From NCBI GenBank assembly GCA_937903605.1, contig CALCZC010000025.1:3275-67274 (forward strand): DNA of 64,000 bases, in the 5' to 3' direction. Below, in pieces: positions 33,081 to 42,478 of this stretch. Below the pieces are notes generated by a model that worked only from the letters and a program-made list of their open reading frames with translations, was not told the DNA's origin and ran no database searches. How positions within the stretch are numbered: position 1 is the first letter of the stretch; every line of letters starts with the position of its first letter. The position numbers and the translations under genes were made by a program. Source of the DNA: an uncultured bacterium. Lineage in GTDB: Bacteria > Patescibacteriota > Patescibacteriia > Magasanikbacterales > GWA2-37-8.

Positions 33081-33887
33081 CTAGAATTTAATACGACGGA
33101 CTTCAAAAACTTTGGCGTTTTTGGCCTCAAGATATGTCTCATTATTTTCATTAATTGTACCAAATTCCACCCATTCTTGATTTAGTAACGGTTTATCAGG
33201 TTTGGTGATACGAATTTCTCCGCGGGCTACACCATGATCATATTGACCCTCCATACTCCAAGCACGAGCATGTACATACTTTATGGTTTGACCATTATTA
33301 TCAGTTATCAATATTATGTGGTTACGGTTTTTTTGCGGACCGGTTTCTATCATAATCATCAGATCGCCCGGGGCAATATCTTTTATCGCTTCTATTTTTT
33401 TTGTGTTTTTATCGGAAGCGTAATGTTTGACCGACATATTTTCTATTGGTCGCAACCAACTTATAAAATAGCGAACGGAATTTTTTATCGGGACAAAGAA
33501 AAATTTGTTGACAATATCTATTTTTCTAGTTTCTTTGAAATGTTCACGTAATACATGAGAAACAAAACCCGAGCAATCTATACCCAAACCATTATCAACT
33601 AAAAATTTTTTTATACATTTGGCTGGAGGGTTGATACTATCATAATCTGGCAAGTTGGTGATCAAGCACTTTCCTTCGCAGTCAAAAATACCATGATGAT
33701 ATTGAATAGAAATTATTTTGGCTTCCTCTACTATTTCTTGTGGTAACCCCTTACCGATAAGCGCGCGCAATTGTGCTCGCTGTTTGGAGCGAGAATTTAT
33801 AAAATAAGGACAACGTACTCCCGGCACTTCTAAAAACGGCAGGTTCAAATATTCTTCAATAAGTTGTTCAGCTTTGGGAGAAAGCAT
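33081..33887 (-). CDS. NlpC/P60-superfamily cysteine peptidase-like protein (cytoplasmic)
   Basis: GIDCSGFVSHVL (catalytic Cys motif) and a downstream His (NRNHIILITD); no signal peptide. Confidence 0.45.
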   Translation of the reverse strand: MLSPKAEQLIEEYLNLPFLEVPGVRCPYFINSRSKQRAQLRALIGKGLPQEIVEEAKIISIQYHHGIFDCEGKCLITNLPDYDSINPPAKCIKKFLVDNGLGIDCSGFVSHVLREHFKETRKIDIVNKFFFVPIKNSVRYFISWLRPIENMSVKHYASDKNTKKIEAIKDIAPGDLMIMIETGPQKNRNHIILITDNNGQTIKYVHARAWSMEGQYDHGVARGEIRITKPDKPLLNQEWVEFGTINENNETYLEAKNAKVFEVRRIKF

Positions 33888-33900
33888 ATTTTGACAATTT

Positions 33901-35133
33901 TCAATTTTTATTTTTTAAAAAAGTTAATATTGTTTTTCCTAAACTATTTAGTTGCTTCGGGTTTTTCATTATACCGTTTAAGCTTTGGATACGGAGTAAA
34001 TCAGCTCCTAGTTTTGTGTTTTTATATTTTATAAAATTAAAATATTTGTTTTTTTTCGGAGTTTTTATTTCAGCTGTTTTTTTAGTAACACGTTGAATAA
34101 TTTGCGCTCCTCTATCTATCTTTATCAATTGATATTTGTTTTTTATTTCTAATAAAGACCCAAGATGTGCTTCAAAAGTAGTAAGGCCTTCATTTAAACC
34201 ATTTTTTTGTTGTAATTGTGATTCAAAAGTTGTACTGGCCGGTTGTCGGGCGTTGATTTCTATCAGATATAATTTTCCAGTTTTTATCTCAAGTACTGTA
34301 TCAATACCATACAATCCTTTCCAACCAGCTTTGGCCATGCGGATTCCAACTTCACCGGCGATTTTTATATACTGATTGAATTGTTCTTCAGTTAAACCAA
34401 CATGAGGTGCTGCCCAATCATTACCTATGGTGGCAAAGGGATTGTCGGTAAAAGGTTTTAAACCGGTAATTTGAAAATTAATGTTTCCAAGCATTATTTT
34501 ATCGTTCCAAACACAATTGTTGTTAGTAAAAAAAGGCCCTTCTATATAGTCGCTAATTCTGATTTCACGATTAGGAAATATTTTTTTGATTTTATTCAAT
34601 TGTTTGACGGAAGTGATAAGAAAAGTGCCGCTTCCGGTATGAGCACGATTGTATTGTAAAATAAACTTTTTACCAGACCATTTTAAATTTTTTCCTAAAA
34701 CTATTTTTGTATTGGGTAAATATTTTTTTAGCGGCCCTAAAAAGTTTACCTGACTAATTTTTTCTTCAATTTGTGAAGCCAGAGAAGCTTTTGGGTTCAA
34801 GAGTTTCCACTTATTGTCGGAACAAATTTTTTCTATAACTTCGGTATTTTTAAAAACCACGATAAAATCTTTTTTGGTAATGATTTTTTTTACTTTCTGG
34901 TGGTTGAGCAATTCGTGAGTGTCAAGAGCTACTTTATTTTTTATTATTTTTATATTCGAATATTTTTTACTAATTTTAGCGGCGAGAGGGGATTGATTGG
35001 TAATAATAAAAAAATTCGGGATATTGGAATCCAAACCACCTATAGCTCTTTCTAAATCACGACAAACATAAAAAATACGGCCGGATTTTATCGCTTTTTT
35101 TACGGCTTTTTTATACTCAGTTGCAGAGTCCAT
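33901..35133 (-). CDS. ATP-grasp domain protein (possible peptide/amino-acid ligase, in the ddl position next to murB)
   Basis: The C-terminal GLYGIDTVLEIKTGKLYLIEINARQPASTTFE matches the ATP-grasp E.N.RP motif. The ~110-aa N-terminal extension lacks the Ddl GG.S.EHEVS motif. Confidence 0.45.
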   Translation of the reverse strand: MDSATEYKKAVKKAIKSGRIFYVCRDLERAIGGLDSNIPNFFIITNQSPLAAKISKKYSNIKIIKNKVALDTHELLNHQKVKKIITKKDFIVVFKNTEVIEKICSDNKWKLLNPKASLASQIEEKISQVNFLGPLKKYLPNTKIVLGKNLKWSGKKFILQYNRAHTGSGTFLITSVKQLNKIKKIFPNREIRISDYIEGPFFTNNNCVWNDKIMLGNINFQITGLKPFTDNPFATIGNDWAAPHVGLTEEQFNQYIKIAGEVGIRMAKAGWKGLYGIDTVLEIKTGKLYLIEINARQPASTTFESQLQQKNGLNEGLTTFEAHLGSLLEIKNKYQLIKIDRGAQIIQRVTKKTAEIKTPKKNKYFNFIKYKNTKLGADLLRIQSLNGIMKNPKQLNSLGKTILTFLKNKN

Positions 35134-35167
35134 AGTTTTCTTTTATAATGAATATATTACGCTAAAT

Positions 35168-36127
35168 TTGAAAAAAATTCAAGTTATGAACGAATTATAT
35201 AAAAAATTGAAATATTTTGGCTCAGTTAAGGCAAATATGCCTTTATCTCGGTTTTCTACCTTCAAAATAGGCGGACCAGCCGAATTTTTGGTTGAAATTA
35301 AAGAAAATTCCAAGCTAATACAGTTATTAGACTTTTTAAATGAACAAGGTCTAGATTTTTTTGTTTTAGGCAGTGGCTCAAATGTTTTATTTCCGGACGA
35401 AGGTTTACATAAAATAGTTATAAAAATTAATACTTCAAACACCCAAGTAACGAAAAATATTATAGAAATTGATTCCGGGGTTTTGCTTTCTACCCTAGTT
35501 AATTTAGCGGTAAAAAATGGATTAAGTGGTTTAGAGTGGGCAGCAGGGATTCCTGGAACCGTAGGAGGAGCAATAAGGGGAAATGCCGGAGCAATGGGGG
35601 AAAGTATGGGACAATGTATACAAGAGGTGTCGGTTTGGCAAGATGGTCAGGTATCATTGTTTGGTAAAGAAGATTGTCGGTTTGCTTATCGAGAGAGTTT
35701 TTTCAAAAATAACCCGCAAACAGTCATTTTGAAAGCCAAAATAAAACTACCAAAAGGAGAAAAAGCAGAAATTTTAGAAAAAATTTCTCGAAATTTGTCA
35801 AATCGAAAGAAAAATTCTACTTTACCATCAGCGGGTAGTTTTTTTAAAAATATCCGTTTGGAAGATTGGCCGGGAAAAAAGGATAGTTTACCTGAATTAT
35901 TTAAATCTCGCGGGACTATTCCGGCTGGTTGGTTGATAGAAAATTGCGGTTTGAAGGGTTTTAAGATAGGTGATGCTGGAGTTTCGCAAGAACACGGAAA
36001 TTTTTTGGTAAATTTTGGATCAGCTACCGCCGATCAGGTTTTACAAGTGGTTGAAGAAATTCAAAAAAAGGTATATAATGAATATGGAGTGGGCTTGGAA
36101 CCCGAGGTCCAAATCGAGGTTTCCTGA
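35168..36127 (+). CDS. murB: UDP-N-acetylenolpyruvoylglucosamine reductase MurB
   Basis: FKIGGPAEFLVEIKENSKLIQLLDFLNEQGLDFFVLGSGSNVLFPDEG is the FAD-binding domain; the C-terminus is MurB_C-like. Confidence 0.85.
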   Translation: MKKIQVMNELYKKLKYFGSVKANMPLSRFSTFKIGGPAEFLVEIKENSKLIQLLDFLNEQGLDFFVLGSGSNVLFPDEGLHKIVIKINTSNTQVTKNIIEIDSGVLLSTLVNLAVKNGLSGLEWAAGIPGTVGGAIRGNAGAMGESMGQCIQEVSVWQDGQVSLFGKEDCRFAYRESFFKNNPQTVILKAKIKLPKGEKAEILEKISRNLSNRKKNSTLPSAGSFFKNIRLEDWPGKKDSLPELFKSRGTIPAGWLIENCGLKGFKIGDAGVSQEHGNFLVNFGSATADQVLQVVEEIQKKVYNEYGVGLEPEVQIEVS

Positions 36128-36149
36128 ATAATTAAATAATTTTAAATAT

Positions 36150-36506
36150 ATGCAAGTCATCATCTCCGGTAAAGGTATAGACTTAACTGAAGCTATAAAA
36201 GATTATACGGAAAAAAAGATTTCTTCACTTGAGAAGTTTTACGACAATATTCTACGGGCCGAAGTAGTGGTAGGACTTGAAACCAGACATCATTTGAAAG
36301 GTAAAAATTTTGTTTGTGAATGTAAATTGATTGTTCCTGGAAATGATTTGTTTGCCACCAAAGAAGAAGCCAATTTATATAAAGCCATTGATAAAGTCCG
36401 TGATTACTTGGAAGGAGAATTAAAAAAACACAAAGTTAAGGAACGTGAAAAAGAAAAAAAATTAAAAAGAAAAGTTCGTGAAAGTAAAGAATATAAAGCA
36501 GAATAA
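36150..36506 (+). CDS. hpf: ribosome hibernation promoting factor (HPF/RaiA)
   Basis: MQVIISGKGIDLTEAIKDYTEKKISSLEKFYDNILRAEVVV… is the typical HPF sequence. Confidence 0.85.
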   Translation: MQVIISGKGIDLTEAIKDYTEKKISSLEKFYDNILRAEVVVGLETRHHLKGKNFVCECKLIVPGNDLFATKEEANLYKAIDKVRDYLEGELKKHKVKEREKEKKLKRKVRESKEYKAE

Positions 36507-36512
36507 TAAATT

Positions 36513-38744
36513 ATGGTTTTAGTTTGGAAAAAGATAATTTTAAAAAAGATTGTGCCCGGTTTATATTCTATAGCCGGGCCTTTTATTATTGCTTATTGTT
36601 GGAATTGGTATCACTTAACCGGTCCGCAAAGGCAGGTGGAATTGTGGTGGTTGACCATGCTTTATACAGGATTGATTTTTTTTGTTTTCTTCTTTTTTAA
36701 AGGACTTTTTCGTTTTTTAACAGTTAAATTCAAATGGCATACTTTTTGGGTAGGCGAATTTGTTATTTATTTAGATGAATTGTTTTTTTTAGGCGCGCTT
36801 GCTTTTCCAGTTTTGTTTTCTAAAACCGAATTATTTAGCTTGTTTTATATTTTTTCAATCTTGGCTTTTATTTTTTTACGATTAGATAATATTTTAGGTA
36901 AACACAAGGAAGATTTGTCTTGGCAAAAAGTCAATAGAATGGTTTTTTTAATGGCGAGTTTTATTTTTACATTAACTGCCGTTTTTCAATTTATTGCATA
37001 TACCTACTATTTGTTTGATAGTAACGCCAAATATCACAATATTGTACTTTTTCGTTCTTTTTCTTTGACGATGTTTTGGTTGGGCGGTTTTTCTTTGGCC
37101 AGTTTATTTTATTTTTACTTGAAAAAAAAGAAACAACTATTTTTGTTTTTTTGGCTAGTTTTATTTACAGCGATTATTTTTTTGGATTTGGTTAATACCG
37201 GAATAGTAAGCAACTCCGGTCTTTATCTTAGTCCGGTAATTTTTGAACATTTTAGTTTTACGGGGTTGAAAATTTTTGCTTTTCCGATAATATCTTCCTT
37301 CGTCGTTTTTTTCTTGTTATTGTTTGTTTCGTCTTTAATTTTTAAGAAAGTGATAAAAGCGCACGAGCAAACCACCAAAAGACATTGGTTGTTTTATAAT
37401 TTTGCATTGCTTTCCATTGCTTTTGCGGCAATTTTTTCTATAAGCTCTTTTTGGAACACTCCGCAAATGATGACTTTCAAGAATTTTTTTGAATTTGATT
37501 CAAATGGAAAATCGGTGTTGTCTGAGGAAATTTTGAAAAAACTTGAAAATTTTGGTTTAAGTTATAAAACAAGCGATTTTTTTGTGATGCGCAAAGATCA
37601 ACCGAAAGAAGAAAAATTGGATTTGAAAATTAAAAAACCGAATATTGTTTTGATATATCTGGAATCTTTTTCCGCGCGTTTAACCGGGCCTTATAATGAA
37701 AAATATAAAGAGGTCACACCAAATCTAAATGATTTTGCACAGCATAAAAATACAACAATTTTTAAAAAAGTCTATAATGCTTCCACACCAACTATAACTG
37801 GATTGATTTCGTCACTCTGTTCTTTCTTGCCACCAACTGGTCATCAGGAAATAGAAAGAGAAAAAATGCTCAAAAGACAATATTTAACCTGTTTACCGGA
37901 AATTTTGAAAAACAACGGTTATCAAAATACTTCTTTTGTCACCGCGGTGAATAAAGAATTTGCCAATAAAAATACAATTTTAGAAAGTATGGGGATAGAT
38001 AAAATTTACGGTCAGGAAGAGTTACAAAAAAAGATAAAGGAAGCACCGAAATCTTGGGGCTATTCTGATCAACAGTTATTTCCTTTTATTTTTGAATTGA
38101 TGCAAGAAAAACAAGAGCCTTTTTTATTGGGATATTCTACGGTTGATACACATCCGCCTTTTAACTTGCCGCAGGATTTAGTGCCTTTTGGAGACGGAAG
38201 CGGTTGGGTTTTAAATACTTTTCACACTACTGACTTTGCTTTTGGTGATTTTTGGAAAAAATTTAAAAATAGTTCTTTTGCGGAAAATACTATTTTGATT
38301 TTGATGGCTGATCACGCTATTTTCCCAGCCGCTTTAGAAAAAAAGTATTTTCCCGATTTTGGTGGTCAAACCACTTTTTATGATGAACTGTTTTTTGGAA
38401 TTTATTTACCAGAAAATACTTTATCAAAAGAAATCGAAGTGTATGGTAGTGGCATTGATTTGGCGCCTACAGTTTTACATTTATTAGATTTATCCGCCCC
38501 CGAATCTTTTGAAGGTTATTCGTTACTTGGAAGTAGAAAAAAATACCCCAATTTGATAGGGATGCACGAGTTTGGGCTTTATTTAAATCAAGAGCTTACC
38601 GACAAAAGTCGACAAGAAAATTTTGCCATGCCAAATGATATAGATTGCGAAAAAATTTCTTCCAGCAACCTTCTAACTTTGTGTGAATTAAAAAAATATT
38701 ACGATTGGAAAAGACAAATGTTAATATCTGGTAGATTGTGGTAA
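36513..38744 (+). CDS. LtaS-like membrane sulfatase-family transferase (N-terminal polytopic domain plus alkaline-phosphatase-superfamily domain)
   Basis: About 8 N-terminal TM helices, then PNIVLIYLESFSARLTGPYN…VDTHPPF. Confidence 0.65.
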   Translation: MVLVWKKIILKKIVPGLYSIAGPFIIAYCWNWYHLTGPQRQVELWWLTMLYTGLIFFVFFFFKGLFRFLTVKFKWHTFWVGEFVIYLDELFFLGALAFPVLFSKTELFSLFYIFSILAFIFLRLDNILGKHKEDLSWQKVNRMVFLMASFIFTLTAVFQFIAYTYYLFDSNAKYHNIVLFRSFSLTMFWLGGFSLASLFYFYLKKKKQLFLFFWLVLFTAIIFLDLVNTGIVSNSGLYLSPVIFEHFSFTGLKIFAFPIISSFVVFFLLLFVSSLIFKKVIKAHEQTTKRHWLFYNFALLSIAFAAIFSISSFWNTPQMMTFKNFFEFDSNGKSVLSEEILKKLENFGLSYKTSDFFVMRKDQPKEEKLDLKIKKPNIVLIYLESFSARLTGPYNEKYKEVTPNLNDFAQHKNTTIFKKVYNASTPTITGLISSLCSFLPPTGHQEIEREKMLKRQYLTCLPEILKNNGYQNTSFVTAVNKEFANKNTILESMGIDKIYGQEELQKKIKEAPKSWGYSDQQLFPFIFELMQEKQEPFLLGYSTVDTHPPFNLPQDLVPFGDGSGWVLNTFHTTDFAFGDFWKKFKNSSFAENTILILMADHAIFPAALEKKYFPDFGGQTTFYDELFFGIYLPENTLSKEIEVYGSGIDLAPTVLHLLDLSAPESFEGYSLLGSRKKYPNLIGMHEFGLYLNQELTDKSRQENFAMPNDIDCEKISSSNLLTLCELKKYYDWKRQMLISGRLW

Positions 38745-38793
38745 AGCTTCAAAAATATTATAATATTTTGTGTAGATAATTAATTTTAAGATT

Positions 38794-41040
38794 ATGCCTT
38801 ATCAATTACTAACCAAAGAAAATTTGAAAGATTTGATAAAATCTCAGCCAGATAGATTTTTTCATCAAAGCAACGGAGGTGGTTATTTGAATTTGAAAAA
38901 TTTGGATTTAGACGAAGTAGATAATATTGATTTTGGAAAATTGCAAAAATATGCGCAAATTATTCGCGCAATGATTTTTACTACTGTTTCTGCTTCACAA
39001 AACGGACATCCTGGAGGTAGTAGTTCCAAAGTTGAACAATGGTTGGCCTTAACTCTGACTGGCTTAGTGTCTTTTGATCCGCTAAATCCTAAAAACCCTT
39101 CCCGCGATAGAATAGTTTGGAGTGCCGGACATTGCACGCCTTTGTTGTATGCCGGACAAGCGCTTTACTACGAAGCTTTACGTCGAGAGGGGCGACAATT
39201 TTCTCAAGCAGTGATAAAAAATATTTTTCCCGAAGATTTGATACGTTTTCGTCGAATTGACGGACCAAGCGGGCACGCGGAAGGTGTTGTACCTTACAGT
39301 GATTTTTCTGCCGGACCTTCGGGTCATGGATTTTGCGCAGCCGGAGGTATGGCAATAGCGCATAAAAGTTGCGGTTTACCGACCAACGTATATGTATTTA
39401 TGGGGGATGCGGAAAGCGAAGAAGGGATGACATATGAAGCACGTAATGTTTTGTCATCTATTGGAGCGGACAATCTGGTGGTTAGTTTGGATTTTAATAA
39501 ATACGGGTTAGATGGCAAGATAAACGAAGTTATTTCTTCCGATTATCTTACTCACTGGCAAGGCCTAAATTGGAACGTTATTGAAGTTGATGGACATAAT
39601 CTCAAAGAGCTTTATTATGCCTATCGTTTGGCCAAAGAAAAAGTTTTTGCTAATAATTTACCAACTGTTGTTGTTACCCATACTGTAAAAGGAAAAGATT
39701 ATGGATCTCTGCAAGATAGTGAAAAATCTCATGGACAGGTTTTGAACGCAGAAGAATATGTGGCGGCTCTAAATAAATTGGGTTTTAAGATTTCAGGAGA
39801 AAAAGAAAATTCTTTTAAAGATCTGGAAGAAATTTTAGCTGTTTTGAAAGATGAAGATGAAAAATATATTGTGAAAAATTTGGATTTTGGCGCGCAAAAT
39901 ATTTTGTCGGAAAATAAAATATTACAAAAAATGAAAAAAGATTTGTCCGGTCGGTCGTTAATTTCTGCGATTCATCTGAAAAGACCGAAAAAATTACCGC
40001 CAGAGTTGGATTTTAAAGTCGGAGACAACATATCCACCCGTCAAGCTTTCGGTTTATGGCTCAAGTGGGTGATGGAAAATAGCGCCTTTGTTTATGCCGG
40101 AGCCGGGGATTTGGGACGTTCAATAATGACTACAGAAGCGGAAAAAGTTTATGGTTTGATAGACAAAGAAAATCCATTTGGTCGGGGAATAAAATTTGGA
40201 ATTGCAGAAAACAACATGGCGATGATGATGGCTGGTTTGAGTGCTGATATTTTACCCGGCGGTTTTCGACCGATTTCTGTTTTTGGGACATTTGGTTTGT
40301 TTTTAAATATGGCTAGTAACAGTATTCGCTTAGCAACTATAAATAACGCCACACACCCGGAATCTGCTGGATTTTTTATTGCTGTATCATCGCATGATGG
40401 TCCGGATACTGCGCAGGATGGACCGACTCATCAGGGATTGGATAACCTCAGTATTTTTAAAGCTATGCCCGGTATCAAAGTATATAAACCCAATAGTGCA
40501 CCGGAACTCGTGGAAATGTTATTTTCCGCTTTGGAAATTGGCGAGCCGATAGTGTTATCTTTAGCCAGACCTGTTTTCCCGATTACGGAAAATTCATTGC
40601 AGTGTTTGGGTCAAACAAACAACGGAGCTTATGTCTATTATCAAAGCAAAACAAGTAAAAAGAAAAAAGTTGTTTTGGTAGTTTCAGGAATGCAAATTTT
40701 ATTGAATTGCGAAAAAATAAAAGAGCAATTGGAAAAAGACAGTTATGGTGTAAAAATAGTAGCTGTCACTTCACCCGAACTTTTCAAAGAATTGTTGCAA
40801 AACAATCCGGAAAAATCTGCAGGAATTTTATCTGCGCAAGAAAGAGAAATCGCTATTACCATCAACAACGGTTATCCGGAATTTTTGAGCGATTTTATTG
40901 ATGGTTTTGATTTGAATAAACGTATGTTGGGTACAGGTGGCTATTTGAAATCCGGCACAGCGGAAGAAGTTTATGATTATGCCGGATTATCACCGGAAAA
41001 ACTTTATCAAAAGATAAAAAATATTTTGGCTAATGTTTAA
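38794..41040 (+). CDS. tkt: transketolase (long form, 748 aa)
   Basis: GHPGGSSSKVEQWLALTLTG, DRIVWSAGHCTPLLYAGQALY and GPSGHGFCAAGGMAIA (ThDP-binding motifs). Confidence 0.7.
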   Translation: MPYQLLTKENLKDLIKSQPDRFFHQSNGGGYLNLKNLDLDEVDNIDFGKLQKYAQIIRAMIFTTVSASQNGHPGGSSSKVEQWLALTLTGLVSFDPLNPKNPSRDRIVWSAGHCTPLLYAGQALYYEALRREGRQFSQAVIKNIFPEDLIRFRRIDGPSGHAEGVVPYSDFSAGPSGHGFCAAGGMAIAHKSCGLPTNVYVFMGDAESEEGMTYEARNVLSSIGADNLVVSLDFNKYGLDGKINEVISSDYLTHWQGLNWNVIEVDGHNLKELYYAYRLAKEKVFANNLPTVVVTHTVKGKDYGSLQDSEKSHGQVLNAEEYVAALNKLGFKISGEKENSFKDLEEILAVLKDEDEKYIVKNLDFGAQNILSENKILQKMKKDLSGRSLISAIHLKRPKKLPPELDFKVGDNISTRQAFGLWLKWVMENSAFVYAGAGDLGRSIMTTEAEKVYGLIDKENPFGRGIKFGIAENNMAMMMAGLSADILPGGFRPISVFGTFGLFLNMASNSIRLATINNATHPESAGFFIAVSSHDGPDTAQDGPTHQGLDNLSIFKAMPGIKVYKPNSAPELVEMLFSALEIGEPIVLSLARPVFPITENSLQCLGQTNNGAYVYYQSKTSKKKKVVLVVSGMQILLNCEKIKEQLEKDSYGVKIVAVTSPELFKELLQNNPEKSAGILSAQEREIAITINNGYPEFLSDFIDGFDLNKRMLGTGGYLKSGTAEEVYDYAGLSPEKLYQKIKNILANV

Positions 41041-41043
41041 TTT

Positions 41044-42084
41044 ATGTTCTTGGAAGAGATTTTAAAAAACGAACCAAAATATAAAATAGATCAAATTTGG
41101 CAGGGTAAATTTAACCCTGCTTTGAATTCGTTTGCGGAAATTACCACTTTGTCCAAAGATTTGCGAGAAAAAATCAAAGATTTTCCATGGCTTTCTGTAA
41201 AGCAGATTTTATTACAAAAAAGTAAATCTGATAATACACAAAAAGCTTTACTTGAATTATCCGACGGTCAAACTATAGAAACCGTATTGATGAGTAGAAT
41301 CAACAAACGAGAAACTCGCGAAGACGATTTTCGTAATACGATTTGTTTATCCACTCAAGTCGGTTGTGCGATGAATTGCGCTTTTTGCGCTACCGGCAAA
41401 ATGGGATTCAAACGCAATTTGACCGTGGATGAACTGGTAGATCAATATCGTTTTTGGCAAAAATATTTATTACAAAACGGCGGGGGAGAAGTGGATAATA
41501 TTGTCCTCATGGGACAAGGTGAACCACTACTAAATTATGAAAATGTCAAAGAAGCATTAAATTTATTTATCAAGTATGGGGAGATAGGGCAAAGCAAAAT
41601 CACCATGTCTACCTGCGGGATAATCCCGGGGATGAAAAAGATGATTGAAGACAAAGATTTTCCTCCGGTTCGTTTTGCGCTTTCATTGCACAGTGCTATT
41701 GATGATGTTAGAAAAAAATTGATGCCAAGCCACACGGATAATTTCTTTGAATTTTTGATAGATTGGTCCAAACAATATCATGCTAAATTCACTTCGCGCA
41801 CTCAGTTTATCGGTTTGGAATATGCTTTTCTTGCCGGCATAAACGATGATGATAAAAATCTCAAAGCTCTTATTAAGTTGGCAAGTAAACTTGGCCGAGT
41901 CAGAATTAATTTGATTCCGTACAACGACACCACGGGAATATTTGTTGGCTCTGATATGGAAATTTTAAAAAAATGGCAGAAGAAATTGATGGAAAGCGGG
42001 TTCACGGTAACTATCCGTTTGTCGCAAGGACAAGATATTGCGGCGGCTTGCGGACAATTGAGCAATAAAGCTAGAAAGCAGTAA
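41044..42084 (+). CDS. rlmN: 23S rRNA (adenine2503-C2)-methyltransferase RlmN (radical SAM)
   Basis: CLSTQVGCAMNCAFCATGKMGFKRNLTVDELVDQ; C-terminal GQLSNK. Confidence 0.85.
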   Translation: MFLEEILKNEPKYKIDQIWQGKFNPALNSFAEITTLSKDLREKIKDFPWLSVKQILLQKSKSDNTQKALLELSDGQTIETVLMSRINKRETREDDFRNTICLSTQVGCAMNCAFCATGKMGFKRNLTVDELVDQYRFWQKYLLQNGGGEVDNIVLMGQGEPLLNYENVKEALNLFIKYGEIGQSKITMSTCGIIPGMKKMIEDKDFPPVRFALSLHSAIDDVRKKLMPSHTDNFFEFLIDWSKQYHAKFTSRTQFIGLEYAFLAGINDDDKNLKALIKLASKLGRVRINLIPYNDTTGIFVGSDMEILKKWQKKLMESGFTVTIRLSQGQDIAAACGQLSNKARKQ

Positions 42085-42105
42085 AACTGTAAAGTAAATT
42101 AAAAA

Positions 42106-42134
42106 AGCTCTCGCATTGGATAGCGAGAGCGTTA
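42106..42134. terminator. hairpin terminator (T-run on the minus-strand side)
   Basis: gctctcgc-attggata-gcgagagc, with aaaaaa upstream on the plus strand, which is a U-tract for the minus-strand gene 42139-42354. Confidence 0.45.
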
Positions 42135-42138
42135 TTGT

Positions 42139-42354
42139 CTAAACAGTGGAATTAACAGCTTTGACATCAAACGCGTGTATGGGCTTTTCAAAGCCTTCGA
42201 GTTTCAACATCAAAACATCGGTGTTGTGAGGACCTCCTCCACTAGGGGAAGTGAAGAAGTAATCTTTCACAACAACTTCTTTTCCTTCATAAAGAACTTT
42301 TTTGCCTTTTTCAATGAAGCTCGGTACGTGTCCGCTCATGGGATCCTCCGTCAA
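42139..42354 (-). CDS. small hypothetical protein (71 aa)
   Basis: ORF MTEDPMSGHVPSFIEKGKKVLYEGKEVVVKDYFFTSPSGGGPHNTDVL…; no motif recognised. Confidence 0.3.
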   Translation of the reverse strand: MTEDPMSGHVPSFIEKGKKVLYEGKEVVVKDYFFTSPSGGGPHNTDVLMLKLEGFEKPIHAFDVKAVNSTV

Positions 42355-42395
42355 AAATGAATATAATGCTTTTATTTAAGCACCAAAAATCGTTT

Positions 42396-42440
42396 TTGTC
42401 AATCTTTTAATCTTTTTAATCTTTAAATCTTTGTAATCTT
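42396..42440. repeat. tandem 7-9-bp microrepeat (AATCTTT, five copies)
   Basis: aatctttt aatcttttt aatcttt aaatcttt gtaatcttt. It lies downstream (on the minus strand) of the stop of gene 42475-43854. Confidence 0.6.
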
Positions 42441-42451
42441 TAAATAATAAA

Positions 42452-42478
42452 AAAGTTCGCTTTTGCGAACTTTTTTAT
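42452..42478. terminator. bidirectional terminator hairpin
   Basis: aaaaaa-gttcgc-tttt-gcgaac-tttttt. Confidence 0.55.

Noticed and set aside
36513-38744. Calling this gene an arylsulfatase.
   Set aside because: The long N-terminal polytopic domain plus an extracytoplasmic alkaline-phosphatase-fold domain fits LtaS/phosphoglycerol or phosphoethanolamine transferases better than soluble sulfatases.
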